In this document: positions 1 to 9,810 of the stretch, piece after piece
How positions within the stretch are numbered: position 1 is the first letter of the stretch
Layout of the letters: each line of letters begins with the position of its first letter
Source: an uncultured bacterium
GTDB taxonomy: Bacteria; Chloroflexota; UBA5177; JANWHV01
Direction: 5' to 3'
Length of the DNA: 64,000 nucleotides
NCBI GenBank assembly: GCA_963729625.1
Contig: CAVSOU010000011.1
Location: 288,001 to 352,000, forward strand
Made by a program: the position numbers and the translations under genes
Notes under the pieces: generated by a model
What the model was told of the DNA's origin: nothing
What the model saw: only the letters and a program-made list of their open reading frames with translations
Databases searched by the model: none

Positions 1-2973
1 ATGGTCGCCGGTGGTGTCGCCATTCGGCAGGTACCATCGGCTGGCCACCGGCAATCTGCCCTGCAGGGTTACCGACCGGCCTGCGCGGCTGCTGACACCG
101 ACGGCGGTGAGGATGTTGGCCGCATCATTCACGGTGCCAGGCGTCACCACCGTCGCTATGAAGGCGCCGCTGCCGTTTGCCAGCACCGCAGCCGGCGCGG
201 TCACCAGAGCCGCGCCGTTGAGGGCCAGGACAACCTGCTCCCCCGGAGCGAAGCCGTTACCGCGGATGGTCACAGTGGTACCTGGTTTCACTGTGACGGG
301 TGCCACGGTCAGTGTGGGGTTCAGACTGGCCACCTGAACCGCGACGGAGGCGGCTGCCTGGCCGCCGATCTGCGCCAGCAGGCTGTAGACACCAGCTGGT
401 GTGTTCGCCGGCACCGTCAGGCCCACCGGCCCGAACGTGCCGCTTGCCGCGCTCAGCACCACCCCCAGGGTAATGATCCGACCGGCCCCGGCCAGCACGA
501 TGGTGACTGGCGCGTTGGCGGGGAAGCGGCTGGCGGCGAGCAGCACCAGGCTACCAGGGCTGAGCCGGATAGGCGTGCCGCTTGCCGGGGCAAGGATACT
601 AAGGATCGGGGTGGCGCGCGGCCGCGCCTGCACGGTGAGCTTGGTCGACGCTGAGCGCCCGCTTATCTGGCCGAAGACGGCAAGCGTGTAGGCACCGGCC
701 GGCACGAAGGCCGGAATGACGAGTTTGGCGAGATGCACCGCCCCGCCAGTGTCGACCACTGCGGTGGCCAGAGTCAGCCGCAGCAGACCATTGGCCAACT
801 GCGCAACAGTGGTCTCGCCCGCGATGAAGCCACGGGCAGTCAGGCTGAGGGCGGACCCGGCTATCAACCTGGTGGGAGCGATCATCAGGGTGGCTGGCAG
901 CGCTCCCACCTGGATTTGCGCCGCGGCACTCAGATGGCTACTGATGCCGGTAGCCACCAGGCTCGCGGTGCCCTGCGGGGTGTTCGGCGGAATGGCGACA
1001 TTCGCCAGGGTGAAGGTGCCCCCGCTGGAGACCTGCACCGTGCCTAAGCGGGTACTGAAGGCCAGTGCCACCAGATCGACGGTCACGGTCTCTCCGGGCT
1101 GGAAGTGGCTGCCGGTGAGCGCCACCTGGACGGACGGCTTGACGTTGGTAGCGGAGCTGGCCAGTGTCGGCGCCTGAGCCCGCACCGTGACCGGGAGAAT
1201 GGCCTGGCGGTTAGAGCGCTGCCCGCTGGCCACTACCTGCAGCGCGCCGGACGGCACGCCGAAGGGCACATGCAACGCGGTGATGTCAAAGGCTCCCGCG
1301 CGATTGGCCACGACCTGGCCAAGCACCACAGCTGCCGTGCCGGCACGGGTGCTCAGGATGAGGCTCACTGGCTCGCCGGGCAGGAAGTTGGCGCCGGCGA
1401 CGTGGATATTCTCCTGGGGCGCGAACGTGGTGGGCTGCACCCTGAGCGTCGCCTGAGGCACGATAATCTGGAGCGGCGCCCGAGCGTTGCGGCTGCTGCG
1501 CTGGCCGATGGCCGTGATCTGATAGGCGCCGCGGGGCGTGGTAGCGGGGATGGTCAGACCGCTCAACCGGAAGCTACCCGAGGCGTTGGCGGTGGTATAC
1601 GCCAGATGGAGAGCGCCGGCACCTGCCGCGGTGGCAAGCTGGATATCGATCGGTTCGCCGGCTAGGAAGCGTTGGCCACTGACCGTGATGGTGCCGCCAG
1701 CCAGCACCGTGCTGGGATGTATTCCCAGGACGGCAGGCACCGGCGTCGGCGCGGTGGCTGGTACGGCCGTGTGCGTCGCGGTCGCGGTCGGCGCGACCGT
1801 GTGGGTGGCTCTCGGGGCGGCTGTCGCCGTCAGGCGGATCTGGGTAGCCGTCGGGCGTGGCGTATGGGTCGCGGTCGGCGCGACCGTGTGGGTGGCTCTC
1901 GGGGCGGCTGTCGCCGTCAGGCGGATCTGGGTAGCCGTCGGGCGTGGCGTATGGGTCGCGGTCGGTAGCACCGTGTGGGACGCGGTCGGCTCAGTGGTGT
2001 GTGTCGCTACCACAGCTGGTACGACGGTGTGGGTGGCTGTGGGCGTGGCAGTTGCCGCATGGATGGGGATCTGCACGGTCAATACGGCAGTCGCCAGCGC
2101 GTGTCCACCGCGGTCGGTGATCCCGACCGTGTGCCGGCCCGCGGCGACGGTGGCCGGGACGACAAAGGTAGCCGGTGCAAAGGCACCGGTGGCGTCAGTG
2201 CTCACGGTGCCGAGAGCGAGGGGGCCGAGGGCCAGCCGGAGCGTGGCATGTGCGGCAAAGCCAGTGCCATGGACGGCAATCGTCTTGCCGGCGGGGACCA
2301 CGGTGGGATCGAGGGTCAGGGTGGCACGGGTGACCGGGAAGGTGATGCGAGCCGTCAGCCCGCTTGCAACCCCCGACACCGCGCGCGCCGACCCGCTGGC
2401 CACCTGCAGCGGCTGTGTGCCGGCCAACCCGGCCGGGATGGTGATCGCCTTATCGGCAAAACCGCCTGACCGATCGGTCCTTCCGGTCAGCACTACCCGG
2501 TCGCCCAGATGAATGACGAACGGCTGGTTGGGTAGGAAGCCCGAACCGCCGATCGTGATTTCTGCTTCCGGCGGTGCCATCGGCGAGGAAAGGCTCAGGC
2601 CTACGACGGCAAGGGGCGCGGATGTGCTGAGTCCCGCGGCATCGGTCGCCTGCAGCCGGTGCGGGCCGATCGCGCCGTCTGGCACGGCAGCGGCGGCAAT
2701 CGTCACCGAGGCGGTAAAGGTGCCATCGGCTGCCGTGGTCGCGCTGCCGAGGGCCTTTCCGGCGTCATAGCGTAGGGTCACCCGGCTATTGGGCGTGAAG
2801 CCGCTGCCGTGCACGGTGAGATTGCTGGTAGTGCCGGCGACCACGGCGTTGGGCGAGAGTGCGAGAGCCGAAGGCGCGGCGGCGTGGGCGTTCGGACTGA
2901 CCGGCATCCCCGCCATGGAGGTGAGCAGGGTCAACATGAGTAACAACGTGATGAGAACGCGTGTACGGTTCAC
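1..2973 (-). CDS. Large secreted Ig-like-repeat surface protein, paralog of 3269-6478; runs off the window edge (3' partial)
   Basis: Absent from the ORF track because there is no stop inside the window. Manual translation: GTG at 2973 after AAGGAG, signal peptide MNRTRVLITLLLMLTLLTSMAGMPVSPNAHA, repeated 'G.GF.PGE.V' beta modules and a Thr/Pro linker. It is colinear with the paralog through ...RWYLPNGDTTGDH at position 1. Confidence 0.85.
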   Translation of the reverse strand, partial: MNRTRVLITLLLMLTLLTSMAGMPVSPNAHAAAPSALALSPNAVVAGTTSNLTVHGSGFTPNSRVTLRYDAGKALGSATTAADGTFTASVTIAAAAVPDGAIGPHRLQATDAAGLSTSAPLAVVGLSLSSPMAPPEAEITIGGSGFLPNQPFVIHLGDRVVLTGRTDRSGGFADKAITIPAGLAGTQPLQVASGSARAVSGVASGLTARITFPVTRATLTLDPTVVPAGKTIAVHGTGFAAHATLRLALGPLALGTVSTDATGAFAPATFVVPATVAAGRHTVGITDRGGHALATAVLTVQIPIHAATATPTATHTVVPAVVATHTTEPTASHTVLPTATHTPRPTATQIRLTATAAPRATHTVAPTATHTPRPTATQIRLTATAAPRATHTVAPTATATHTAVPATAPTPVPAVLGIHPSTVLAGGTITVSGQRFLAGEPIDIQLATAAGAGALHLAYTTANASGSFRLSGLTIPATTPRGAYQITAIGQRSSRNARAPLQIIVPQATLRVQPTTFAPQENIHVAGANFLPGEPVSLILSTRAGTAAVVLGQVVANRAGAFDITALHVPFGVPSGALQVVASGQRSNRQAILPVTVRAQAPTLASSATNVKPSVQVALTGSHFQPGETVTVDLVALAFSTRLGTVQVSSGGTFTLANVAIPPNTPQGTASLVATGISSHLSAAAQIQVGALPATLMIAPTRLIAGSALSLTARGFIAGETTVAQLANGLLRLTLATAVVDTGGAVHLAKLVIPAFVPAGAYTLAVFGQISGRSASTKLTVQARPRATPILSILAPASGTPIRLSPGSLVLLAASRFPANAPVTIVLAGAGRIITLGVVLSAASGTFGPVGLTVPANTPAGVYSLLAQIGGQAAASVAVQVASLNPTLTVAPVTVKPGTTVTIRGNGFAPGEQVVLALNGAALVTAPAAVLANGSGAFIATVVTPGTVNDAANILTAVGVSSRAGRSVTLQGRLPVASRWYLPNGDTTGDH
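1780..1965. repeat. 87-bp tandem repeat (~2.1 copies) encoding a 29-aa Thr/Pro/Ala linker unit
   Basis: Unit starts GTCGCGGTCGG at 1781, 1868 and 1955; the two full copies are identical. Confidence 0.9.
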
Positions 2974-3268
2974 GATCGACTCCTTCCAGGGCTGTTCTAG
3001 TTCAACCGCATTCCAGGCGGGGGGCAAAAATAGAGATGATTGCGATGATGGCTCCAACGGGTACAGAGCGCCGTGCAGTTGCGATGCCTCTCCGGTGTGC
3101 GAGCAGCTGCATCCCACCATGAGCTTCCCGCGACGTCCATGAGCTTGAGCCCGAAGAATCGCATAGGCATCCTCCTGTCGCTCCGGCCTGGCCAGGCTGG
3201 GACGCGGCAGGAGGGCCGCCACGTGTAGCGCCGCGACGACCCTCCTTGCCGCGCATCCCGCTGGCAGC

Positions 3269-6200
3269 CTACTGGGCAATGCCCTGCGTGCTGCTGGCGG
3301 TCTGGTGCGCGGGGTTCAGCTCCAAGCGCTCGGCGATGAATACTTGACCGTTGGTGCTTTGCAGCCGGACGCCGATTTGGCCGGCGGGCAGACCGCCGAT
3401 GCTATTGAGGTCCAGGCTGCCGCGGCTATTCGCTGCCAGTGCGAGGGTGCGTTGTACCGAGGCGCCGGTCGCGGCATACATGCTGAGAAGGATCTGCACC
3501 GGCTTGAGACCGGGGTTGAACAGGTAGATCTGCTCCTGGTTGCCGGTGCCGATGCTGCCACCGGGGAAGGTCCAGGACGTGGCGCCGCCGTTGCGGCCGA
3601 AGACGTCGCTGCCCGAAACTGCCTTGCTCAGGTCGGACGGCCCTTCGTACTGCGGTCGCTCGACCACCACCGGCACGTTGCTGGTGACGACCACCCCCAC
3701 GGTCGCGTTCGGCAGTACGTCGTTGACCTTGATGTTCCCGCGCCGTAGCGCGTCGACTACGATAGTCTTGGCGCCGACGGGTCGACCGTTGGTGTCATAG
3801 AAAGTCGCGGTCACCGCGGCAGGCGCGGCCTGGTTGGGGTTGAGGATGGTCAGGAAGGTCTGCCGGCTCGGGCTGGCGTCGCCCTGGGCGAAGAGCCAGA
3901 CGGTGGAGGCGCTGGTGACCCCGACCTTGTCGTGAGCGCCACGGCCGCCTTGGCCGAAGCGCATGGTGCGCTCCACCACCACGCCCTTGTCGGCTGTGAC
4001 GATGGTACTGACCGAGAGGCCCGGCATGTACTTGCTCACGTCCAGTCCGATGTTGGCGAGCGGTGGCACCGAGAAGCGCGTCTCCCGCAACGCCTTCCCG
4101 TTGAAGGGCACGAAGCGCACGTCGACGGTGGCGTAGCTGGTGTTGGGGTTCATGACCACCAGCGACTCGCTGAAGCTGTTGCCGGTGAAGCCCTCCGCCA
4201 GGTACCACAGCGTGGATGGCGCGCCGGCGCCCAGCGCCGTGCTGGTATCGCCACTGCCGTAGCTGATCTCGCTCTCGGCGCCGATCTGGCGGTCGGCCTC
4301 CACGATGGTGGAGATGATACGGCCGGCACCCGCCACGAGGGCCAGGTCCACCGAAGCCCGCGCATGGGCCGCTACTTGCAGGGTGGTGTGTCGCTCCGGC
4401 GCGTCCTGGTACAGGAAGGTGAGGGTGACCTTGGCCGCGCCGTCGCTCGGGTTGAGGAGGGCCAGGACGGTGCGATGGTCGCCGGTGGTGTCGCCATTCG
4501 GCAGGTACCAGCGCGTGGCGACCGGTAGCGTGCCCTGCAGCGTGACTGCTTTGCTGGCGCGACTGCTGACACCGACGGCGGTGAGGCTGTTGGCGCCGTC
4601 ATTCACGGTGCCGGGTACCACCGCGGTCGCCGCGAAGGCGCCGCTGCTGTTGGCCAGCACCGTGGCCGGCACGGTTACCAGCGCCGCGCCGTTGAGGGCC
4701 AGGACCACCTGCTCGGCCGGCGCGAAGCCGCCGCCGCGGATGGTGATGCTCGTACCCGGGTTCACCGCGGCGGGTGCCACGGTCAGCGTGGGGTTCAGAA
4801 TGGTCACTTGGACCGCCACCGAGGCGACTGCACGGCCGCCAATCTGCGCCTCCAGGCTGTAGGCGATGGCCGCGGTGTTCGCCGGCACGGTCAGGCCCAC
4901 CGGTCCGAAGGTGCCGTTTGCCGCACTCCGCACGACTCCGAGGGTGATGCTCTTGCCTGCCCCGACCAGCGCGATGGTGACGTTGGCGTTGCCGGGGAGG
5001 TGACTGCCGGCCAGCTGCACCAGGCTACCCGGGCTAAGCCGGACGGGCACCCCGCTCGCCGGGGCGAGGATGCTGAGGATCGGGGCGGTGGGCGGCGGCG
5101 CCTGCACGGTGAGCGTAGTCGACGCCGAGCGCCCGCTTTTCTGGCCGGAAGCGACAAGCGTGTAGGCTCCGGCGGGCACGACGGCCGGGATGGCCACCTT
5201 GGCGATGCTCACCGCGCCGGTCGTGCCAACTATCGCGCTGACCAGGGTCAGCCGGAGCGGGCCGCCGACGAGCTGTACGACGATGGTCTCCCCCGGGATG
5301 AAACCGCTGGCTGACAGGCTGAGCGTGGCGCCGGCCAGCAGGCTGGTGGGGGTGAGCGTCAGGGAGGCGGGCAGCGCCCCCACCTGGAGTTGCAGCGCGG
5401 CACTCAGATGGCTGCTGGCGCCGGTCGCCACCAGGCTGGCGGTGCCCTCCGGAGTATTTGGCGGAATGGCGACGTTCGCCAGGCTGAAGGTGCCCCCGCT
5501 GGAGACCTGCACCGTAGCCAGGCGGGTACTGAGGGAGAGCGTCACCAGATCGACGGTGACCGTCTCGCCGGGCTGGAAGTGGCTGCCGGTGAGTGTCACC
5601 AGGTCGGTCGGCTTGACGCTGGTCGCCGAGCTCGCCAGTGTCGGCGCCTGCGCCTGCACGGTGACCGGGACGATCGCCTGGCGATTGGAAGTCTGCCCGC
5701 TGGCCACCACCTGTACGGCGCCGGCGGGCACGCCGAAGGGCACGTGCAGGGTGGCGGAGCCGAAGGCGCCAGCACTATTGGCCACGACCTGGCCAAGCAC
5801 CACCGCGGCAGTGCCGGCACTGGTGCTCAGAATGAGGGTTACCGGCTCGCCGGGCAGGAAATTGGTGCCGGCGACCTGGATATCGTCCTGCGGTGCGAAC
5901 GTAGTGGGCTGCACGCTGAGCGTCGCCTGCGGCACGGTCACCTGGAGTGCAGACCGAGCGTTGCGGGCACTGTGCTGGCCGATGGTCACGATCTGGTAGG
6001 CGCCGGCGGGCGTGGTGATCGGGATGCCCAGACCGGTGGTCTGGAAGTTGCCCGCGCTGTCGGCGGCGGCATAGGCCAGGTGGAGGCCGCCCGTGCCCGC
6101 CGCCGTGGCAAGCTGGATATCGATCTGCTCGCCGGCTTGGTAACCCGCGCCGCTCACCACGATAGTGCCGCCCGCCTGCACGCTGTTTGGGCTGACCGCG

Positions 6201-6478
6201 ACGGTGGCGGGGAGGCCGGTGGGCGTCGCCGTCGGCACAGCGGTGCTGGTCGCGGTGGGAAGCGCCGTGTTGGTGGCACTGGGGATGGTCGCAGTAGGAA
6301 CGGCTGTTTGCGTCGCAGTCGGCACCGGGGAGTCGGTGGCGACGGCGGCGGCGACTGCGTTGAGGGCAAGCGCCGGTAGCGCGGCAGCGTGCGCGTTTGG
6401 ATGAACCGGTGTGCCCACCGCAGAGGCGAGCAGGCCCAGGATAAGGACTAACGCGATGAGCATACGTGGACGTAGCAT
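3269..6478 (-). CDS. Large secreted protein (1069 aa): Thr/Pro linker, Ig-like repeats, C-terminal DUF5719-like repeats
   Basis: ATG at 6478 after AAGGAG, signal peptide MLRPRMLIALVLILGLLASAVG. Repeated WYLPNG/WYLAEGFTG..F.E.L..MNP/WLFAQG/WTFPGG modules are typical of DUF5719. The ORF-track start at 7060 overlaps the kinase gene and is rejected. Confidence 0.85.
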   Translation of the reverse strand: MLRPRMLIALVLILGLLASAVGTPVHPNAHAAALPALALNAVAAAVATDSPVPTATQTAVPTATIPSATNTALPTATSTAVPTATPTGLPATVAVSPNSVQAGGTIVVSGAGYQAGEQIDIQLATAAGTGGLHLAYAAADSAGNFQTTGLGIPITTPAGAYQIVTIGQHSARNARSALQVTVPQATLSVQPTTFAPQDDIQVAGTNFLPGEPVTLILSTSAGTAAVVLGQVVANSAGAFGSATLHVPFGVPAGAVQVVASGQTSNRQAIVPVTVQAQAPTLASSATSVKPTDLVTLTGSHFQPGETVTVDLVTLSLSTRLATVQVSSGGTFSLANVAIPPNTPEGTASLVATGASSHLSAALQLQVGALPASLTLTPTSLLAGATLSLSASGFIPGETIVVQLVGGPLRLTLVSAIVGTTGAVSIAKVAIPAVVPAGAYTLVASGQKSGRSASTTLTVQAPPPTAPILSILAPASGVPVRLSPGSLVQLAGSHLPGNANVTIALVGAGKSITLGVVRSAANGTFGPVGLTVPANTAAIAYSLEAQIGGRAVASVAVQVTILNPTLTVAPAAVNPGTSITIRGGGFAPAEQVVLALNGAALVTVPATVLANSSGAFAATAVVPGTVNDGANSLTAVGVSSRASKAVTLQGTLPVATRWYLPNGDTTGDHRTVLALLNPSDGAAKVTLTFLYQDAPERHTTLQVAAHARASVDLALVAGAGRIISTIVEADRQIGAESEISYGSGDTSTALGAGAPSTLWYLAEGFTGNSFSESLVVMNPNTSYATVDVRFVPFNGKALRETRFSVPPLANIGLDVSKYMPGLSVSTIVTADKGVVVERTMRFGQGGRGAHDKVGVTSASTVWLFAQGDASPSRQTFLTILNPNQAAPAAVTATFYDTNGRPVGAKTIVVDALRRGNIKVNDVLPNATVGVVVTSNVPVVVERPQYEGPSDLSKAVSGSDVFGRNGGATSWTFPGGSIGTGNQEQIYLFNPGLKPVQILLSMYAATGASVQRTLALAANSRGSLDLNSIGGLPAGQIGVRLQSTNGQVFIAERLELNPAHQTASSTQGIAQ

Positions 6479-6681
6479 AATCGACTCCTTCGACTCCGAA
6501 TAGTACGAATCCCTACCACCGCCTACTGCTGGGTGGTGCGGGGCGCCGCTCGCCGGCAGGCAGGACGTTCTGCCAAGTTCTGCGGCAAGCAGTGCCTCCT
6601 TGTACACGACGGGGCGTGGCGGATTGGATGCTCCCACTCCTTCCGGCGTTGCCCAGTCCACATAGAGCGTATGCCTGCAAG

Positions 6682-6698
6682 CTGAGATGAATATGAGA
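6682..6698 (-). promoter_or_regulatory. MprA/OmpR-type direct-repeat box TCTCAT-N5-TCTCAG
   Basis: Minus strand reads TCTCAT ATTCA TCTCAG, ~200 bp upstream of the 6478 start and just downstream of the kinase gene. Confidence 0.55.
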
Positions 6699-6734
6699 AT
6701 GCAGTGCCTGATTCGGGCAGGATAGGCGGCCGGA

Positions 6735-8189
6735 TCAGGCGCTGCGCGGCGTGTGGCTCGCCGGCCTGCCGGAAAGCATTGGCGCCGCTGCACGGGGCAG
6801 CCGGACGGTGAATGTGCTGCCCTGCCCCAGGCTGCTCTCGGCACTGATCGTGCCGCCGGCCTCCTCCGCGATCTGACGGGCGATGGCCAGGCCCAGGCCG
6901 GTACCGGGCACGGCCGTGTCGCGACCCTGCGGTGCACCCGCGCGAGCGTCGCGGCTGCGAGCGCGGTCAGCACGGTAGAAGCGCTCGAAGACATGGGGCA
7001 GGTCCGCCGGGGCGATGCCGATACCGGTGTCGCGCACGGTGAACACGGCCCAGCCGTCAACGAGGCGTAGTGCGCAGCTGACCGATCCGCTGGTCGGCGT
7101 GTACTTGAGCGCGTTGTCCAGCAGGTTGATCAGTAGCCTCTCCAGGCGGTCGGGATCGCCGATGACCACCGCTGGGTCACAGCGCTCCATGGTCAGGGCA
7201 GGGGTGCAGGGATGCTCGGCCATCACATGCATCACGGAGGCCAGCAGTTCGTGGAGCAGGACCGGCTGCGGCCTGTCTTGGTGCCCGGCGTCGCCGCGAG
7301 CCAGCGCCAGCATCCCATCGACGAGGCGGGTCAAGCGGGTCGCCTCCGCCGCGATATCCCGCAAGCCATCCTCCCGATCGGCGGCCGGGGCCTCCGGGTC
7401 GAGCAGTAGAAGTTCGGCATTGCCGCGGATCGTGGTCAGCGGCGCGCGCAGCTCGTGGGACGCATCGGCGATGAAACGGTGCTGCGTGGCGCTCAGATTG
7501 GCCAGCCGGTTGAGCATGGCGTTGAAGGTCGCGGCAAGCTGGCCCACCTCATCCCGCCCGGCCCGCGCATGCAGCCGCGCGGTGAAGTCGCCGGAGCGGG
7601 CGATGGCGGCGGCCGTACTGGTCAGCGCGGAGATAGGGGTCAGCACCTGCTGCGCCAGCAGCCACACGGCCGTCGCGACCACGGCCAGGCAGAGCGCGCT
7701 CCCGGCCAGCAGCAGCACCAGCAGGGTGGCCAGGGTGTCGGAGATGTCCTTGACGCTGTGCCCGGCCAGGACGTACCGGACCGGGAAGCGAGCAGCGCTG
7801 CGCAGCGCGAACACGCGGAAGGGCTCGCCGGCCACCGGCCCGGCATAGAAGAACTGCGAGGGCAGGCTCGCCAGGCTGCCCGGCAGGGGGATGGCGGCCC
7901 CTGGAGTCCGGGCCAGCACGCCGCCGCGCGCATCCAGCAGCGTCACCGCGACGCCCGATGAGGAGAAGACGTGCACGGCGCGGTTTATCTCTTCGCGTTT
8001 GGCGACCGCCCCGCCCTGGCCGGCCGTGCTGAGCATAGTATCGAGGCGTTGCGCCCGCCCGGCGATCACCTGGTCGGCCGCCGTGCGGAGGTTCTGGCCG
8101 GCCAGCAGGTAGATCAGGGTGGTTAAGCCCAGCAGGCCCACCGCCAGGATGGCGCCGCACCACAATGCCATGCGGAGTCGAATCGCCAT
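6735..8189 (-). CDS. Sensor histidine kinase (2 TM, HAMP, HisKA, HATPase), MprB-like
   Basis: Motifs FIADASHELRAPL, NLLDNALKY, DTGIGI, GTGLGLAIA. Confidence 0.95.
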   Translation of the reverse strand: MAIRLRMALWCGAILAVGLLGLTTLIYLLAGQNLRTAADQVIAGRAQRLDTMLSTAGQGGAVAKREEINRAVHVFSSSGVAVTLLDARGGVLARTPGAAIPLPGSLASLPSQFFYAGPVAGEPFRVFALRSAARFPVRYVLAGHSVKDISDTLATLLVLLLAGSALCLAVVATAVWLLAQQVLTPISALTSTAAAIARSGDFTARLHARAGRDEVGQLAATFNAMLNRLANLSATQHRFIADASHELRAPLTTIRGNAELLLLDPEAPAADREDGLRDIAAEATRLTRLVDGMLALARGDAGHQDRPQPVLLHELLASVMHVMAEHPCTPALTMERCDPAVVIGDPDRLERLLINLLDNALKYTPTSGSVSCALRLVDGWAVFTVRDTGIGIAPADLPHVFERFYRADRARSRDARAGAPQGRDTAVPGTGLGLAIARQIAEEAGGTISAESSLGQGSTFTVRLPRAAAPMLSGRPASHTPRSA

Positions 8190-8195
8190 GGCTGC

Positions 8196-8885
8196 TCACG
8201 CACGCAGTACGTAGCCGGCGCCCCGCACGGTGTGGATCAGCCGCGGCAGTGCATTCTGTTCCAGCTTCAGCCGGAGGTAGCGGACATACACCTCCAGCAC
8301 GTTGGACTCGCCCCGGAAGTCGGTGCCCCAGACCGCCTCGATCAGGCGCTCGCGCGTCAGCACGTGGTGGGGGTGCTGCAGGAACAGCCGCAGCAGCTTG
8401 AACTCCGTGGTGCTGAGGGGGGTGGTCCGGCCGCCGCGGGCGACATAGCGGGTGCAGGTATCGAGGGTGAGATCGGCGAAGCAGAGCGAGGTTGGCCCGT
8501 CGTCTTTCTCCGCCTGCGTGCCGCCCGCCCGGCGCAGCAAAGCGCGCACCCGCGCCAGCAGTTCCTCCAGGGCGAACGGCTTGACCAAATAGTCGTCGGC
8601 GCCGGCGTCGAGGCCGAGGACCCGGTCCGGCACGTCGTCGCGCGCAGTGAGCATCAGAATGGGCGTGTCCGCCATGCCGCGCAGCCGGCGGCACACCCCC
8701 AGCCCATCCAGGCCGGGCAACATCACATCAAGGATCACCAGGTCGGGTGCCGCTGCCGCGGCGATCGCCAGGCCCTCGAGCCCATCTTGCGCCACCCGCA
8801 CCGTATGTCCGGCGTAGCGCAGGGCCCGCCGGAGCAGGCTCGTGATGCGCGGGTCGTCGTCGACTACCAACACCTGGGTGCTCAC
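8196..8885 (-). CDS. OmpR-family response regulator, MprA-like
   Basis: [46 protein letters not shown]; GTG start with GAGGAG RBS. Confidence 0.95.
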   Translation of the reverse strand: MSTQVLVVDDDPRITSLLRRALRYAGHTVRVAQDGLEGLAIAAAAAPDLVILDVMLPGLDGLGVCRRLRGMADTPILMLTARDDVPDRVLGLDAGADDYLVKPFALEELLARVRALLRRAGGTQAEKDDGPTSLCFADLTLDTCTRYVARGGRTTPLSTTEFKLLRLFLQHPHHVLTRERLIEAVWGTDFRGESNVLEVYVRYLRLKLEQNALPRLIHTVRGAGYVLRA

Positions 8886-9162
8886 CGTCTACTCCTCACT
8901 GCTCGGGTGCGTTGCAGGGTGCGCTGCGCACCCTGTCGTCCTGCCTACCATCCCCTCCTCAGTGCGCCTGCCGGCCCCCGGGTGACCGGACGAGGGCGTG
9001 GTGGTCGACTTCCCGCACCGTCTGCACCGCCTGCCTGCACAGAGCGCCGATCCAGCGCCCGCATTCCTCACCGACCGGTGGCGGCCGAGGCCCTGATACG
9101 AGCGTGCCGTGCCATCCATTTACGCCAGCGCCCGCTGTGCCCAAATTCATCATAAAGCGTAT

Positions 9163-9177
9163 ATAGCCTTAGGCTAT
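9163..9177. promoter_or_regulatory. Perfect palindrome ATAGCCT-T-AGGCTAT in an AT-rich divergent intergenic region
   Basis: 7-1-7 inverted repeat; a further ATATAGCC half-site follows at ~9185. Confidence 0.4.
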
Positions 9178-9242
9178 TAACGTAATATAGCCGGATTATA
9201 GCACAATCTGCCGAGAATATAAAGAGATGATTAAGTCTAACA

Positions 9243-9271
9243 TTGACACGTTGGCACGAAACGCCCATGCT
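9243..9271 (+). promoter_or_regulatory. Putative sigma70 promoter for the xfp island
   Basis: TTGACA-N17-CATGCT. Confidence 0.45.
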
Positions 9272-9364
9272 GGAAAGGAACCTCCACGGCAGGACGCACG
9301 CGCACCGCCGCGCGGTAGGCACACGCGTGCGCTCAGTGGATAGCGAAAGAACAGGAGGACGACC

Positions 9365-9625
9365 ATGACCGCTTCGACACTGCGAAGATTACAGGACATC
9401 GGCGAGACGGTAGCCAACGCCGGTGAAGACGTCCGGGGCCGCAAAGTCCTGGATAACGCGGGGACTCGCGTCGGTACCGTCGACGGCTTGATGATCGATG
9501 ATGCTCAGAAGAAGGTGCGGTTCCTACGGGTCGAGTGCGGCGGGTTCCTCGGACTGGGCGCCACGCCCGTGATGATTCCGGTGGATGCGATTACCAGCAT
9601 CACCGCCGACGCGGTTCATGTTCGC
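9365..9625 (+). pseudogene. PRC-barrel domain gene, 3'-truncated
   Basis: AGGAGG RBS. EDVRGRKVLDNAGTRVGTVDGLMID..VRFLRVECGGFLGLG..IPVDAI is a PRC barrel; similarity stops at DAVHV. Confidence 0.7.
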
Positions 9626-9806
9626 GCAGTTGCAACCGTACCCGGAGCTGATCGCGCTGGTCGCTCAGCCCAAGGTGCAGTACGGGCTGAAGATCGTGGT
9701 GGTCAGCAACGAAGGCCGCGAGCTGAATGAGCATCGTATTCGCGCCTTCAAGCTGAACGAGTTCGTGGACGTGTGCAGCGTCCTGGATATCAGCACAGGA
9801 GCGTAG
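9615..9806 (+). pseudogene. Internal fragment of a HAD-family phosphatase
   Basis: [46 protein letters not shown] carries HAD motif II (VSN) but lacks the DxD motif I and the KP motif. Confidence 0.6.
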
Positions 9807-9810
9807 CAGC

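Noticed and set aside
1-2770. Plus-strand ORFs in the track (e.g. 1538-2512, 1-654)
   Set aside because: Antisense shadows of the minus-strand surface-protein gene; long shadow ORFs are expected at this GC content.
3171-3215. Long hairpin between the two surface-protein genes
   Set aside because: No U-tract, and its G-U pairs favour the non-coding strand, so a terminator call is unsupported.
8915-8935. Perfect palindrome CAGGGTGCGC-T-GCGCACCCTG in the regulator leader
   Set aside because: Single GC-rich copy with no second instance seen; its function cannot be inferred.
9252-9271. Sigma54 promoter (TGGCACG)
   Set aside because: No TTGC at the -12 position.
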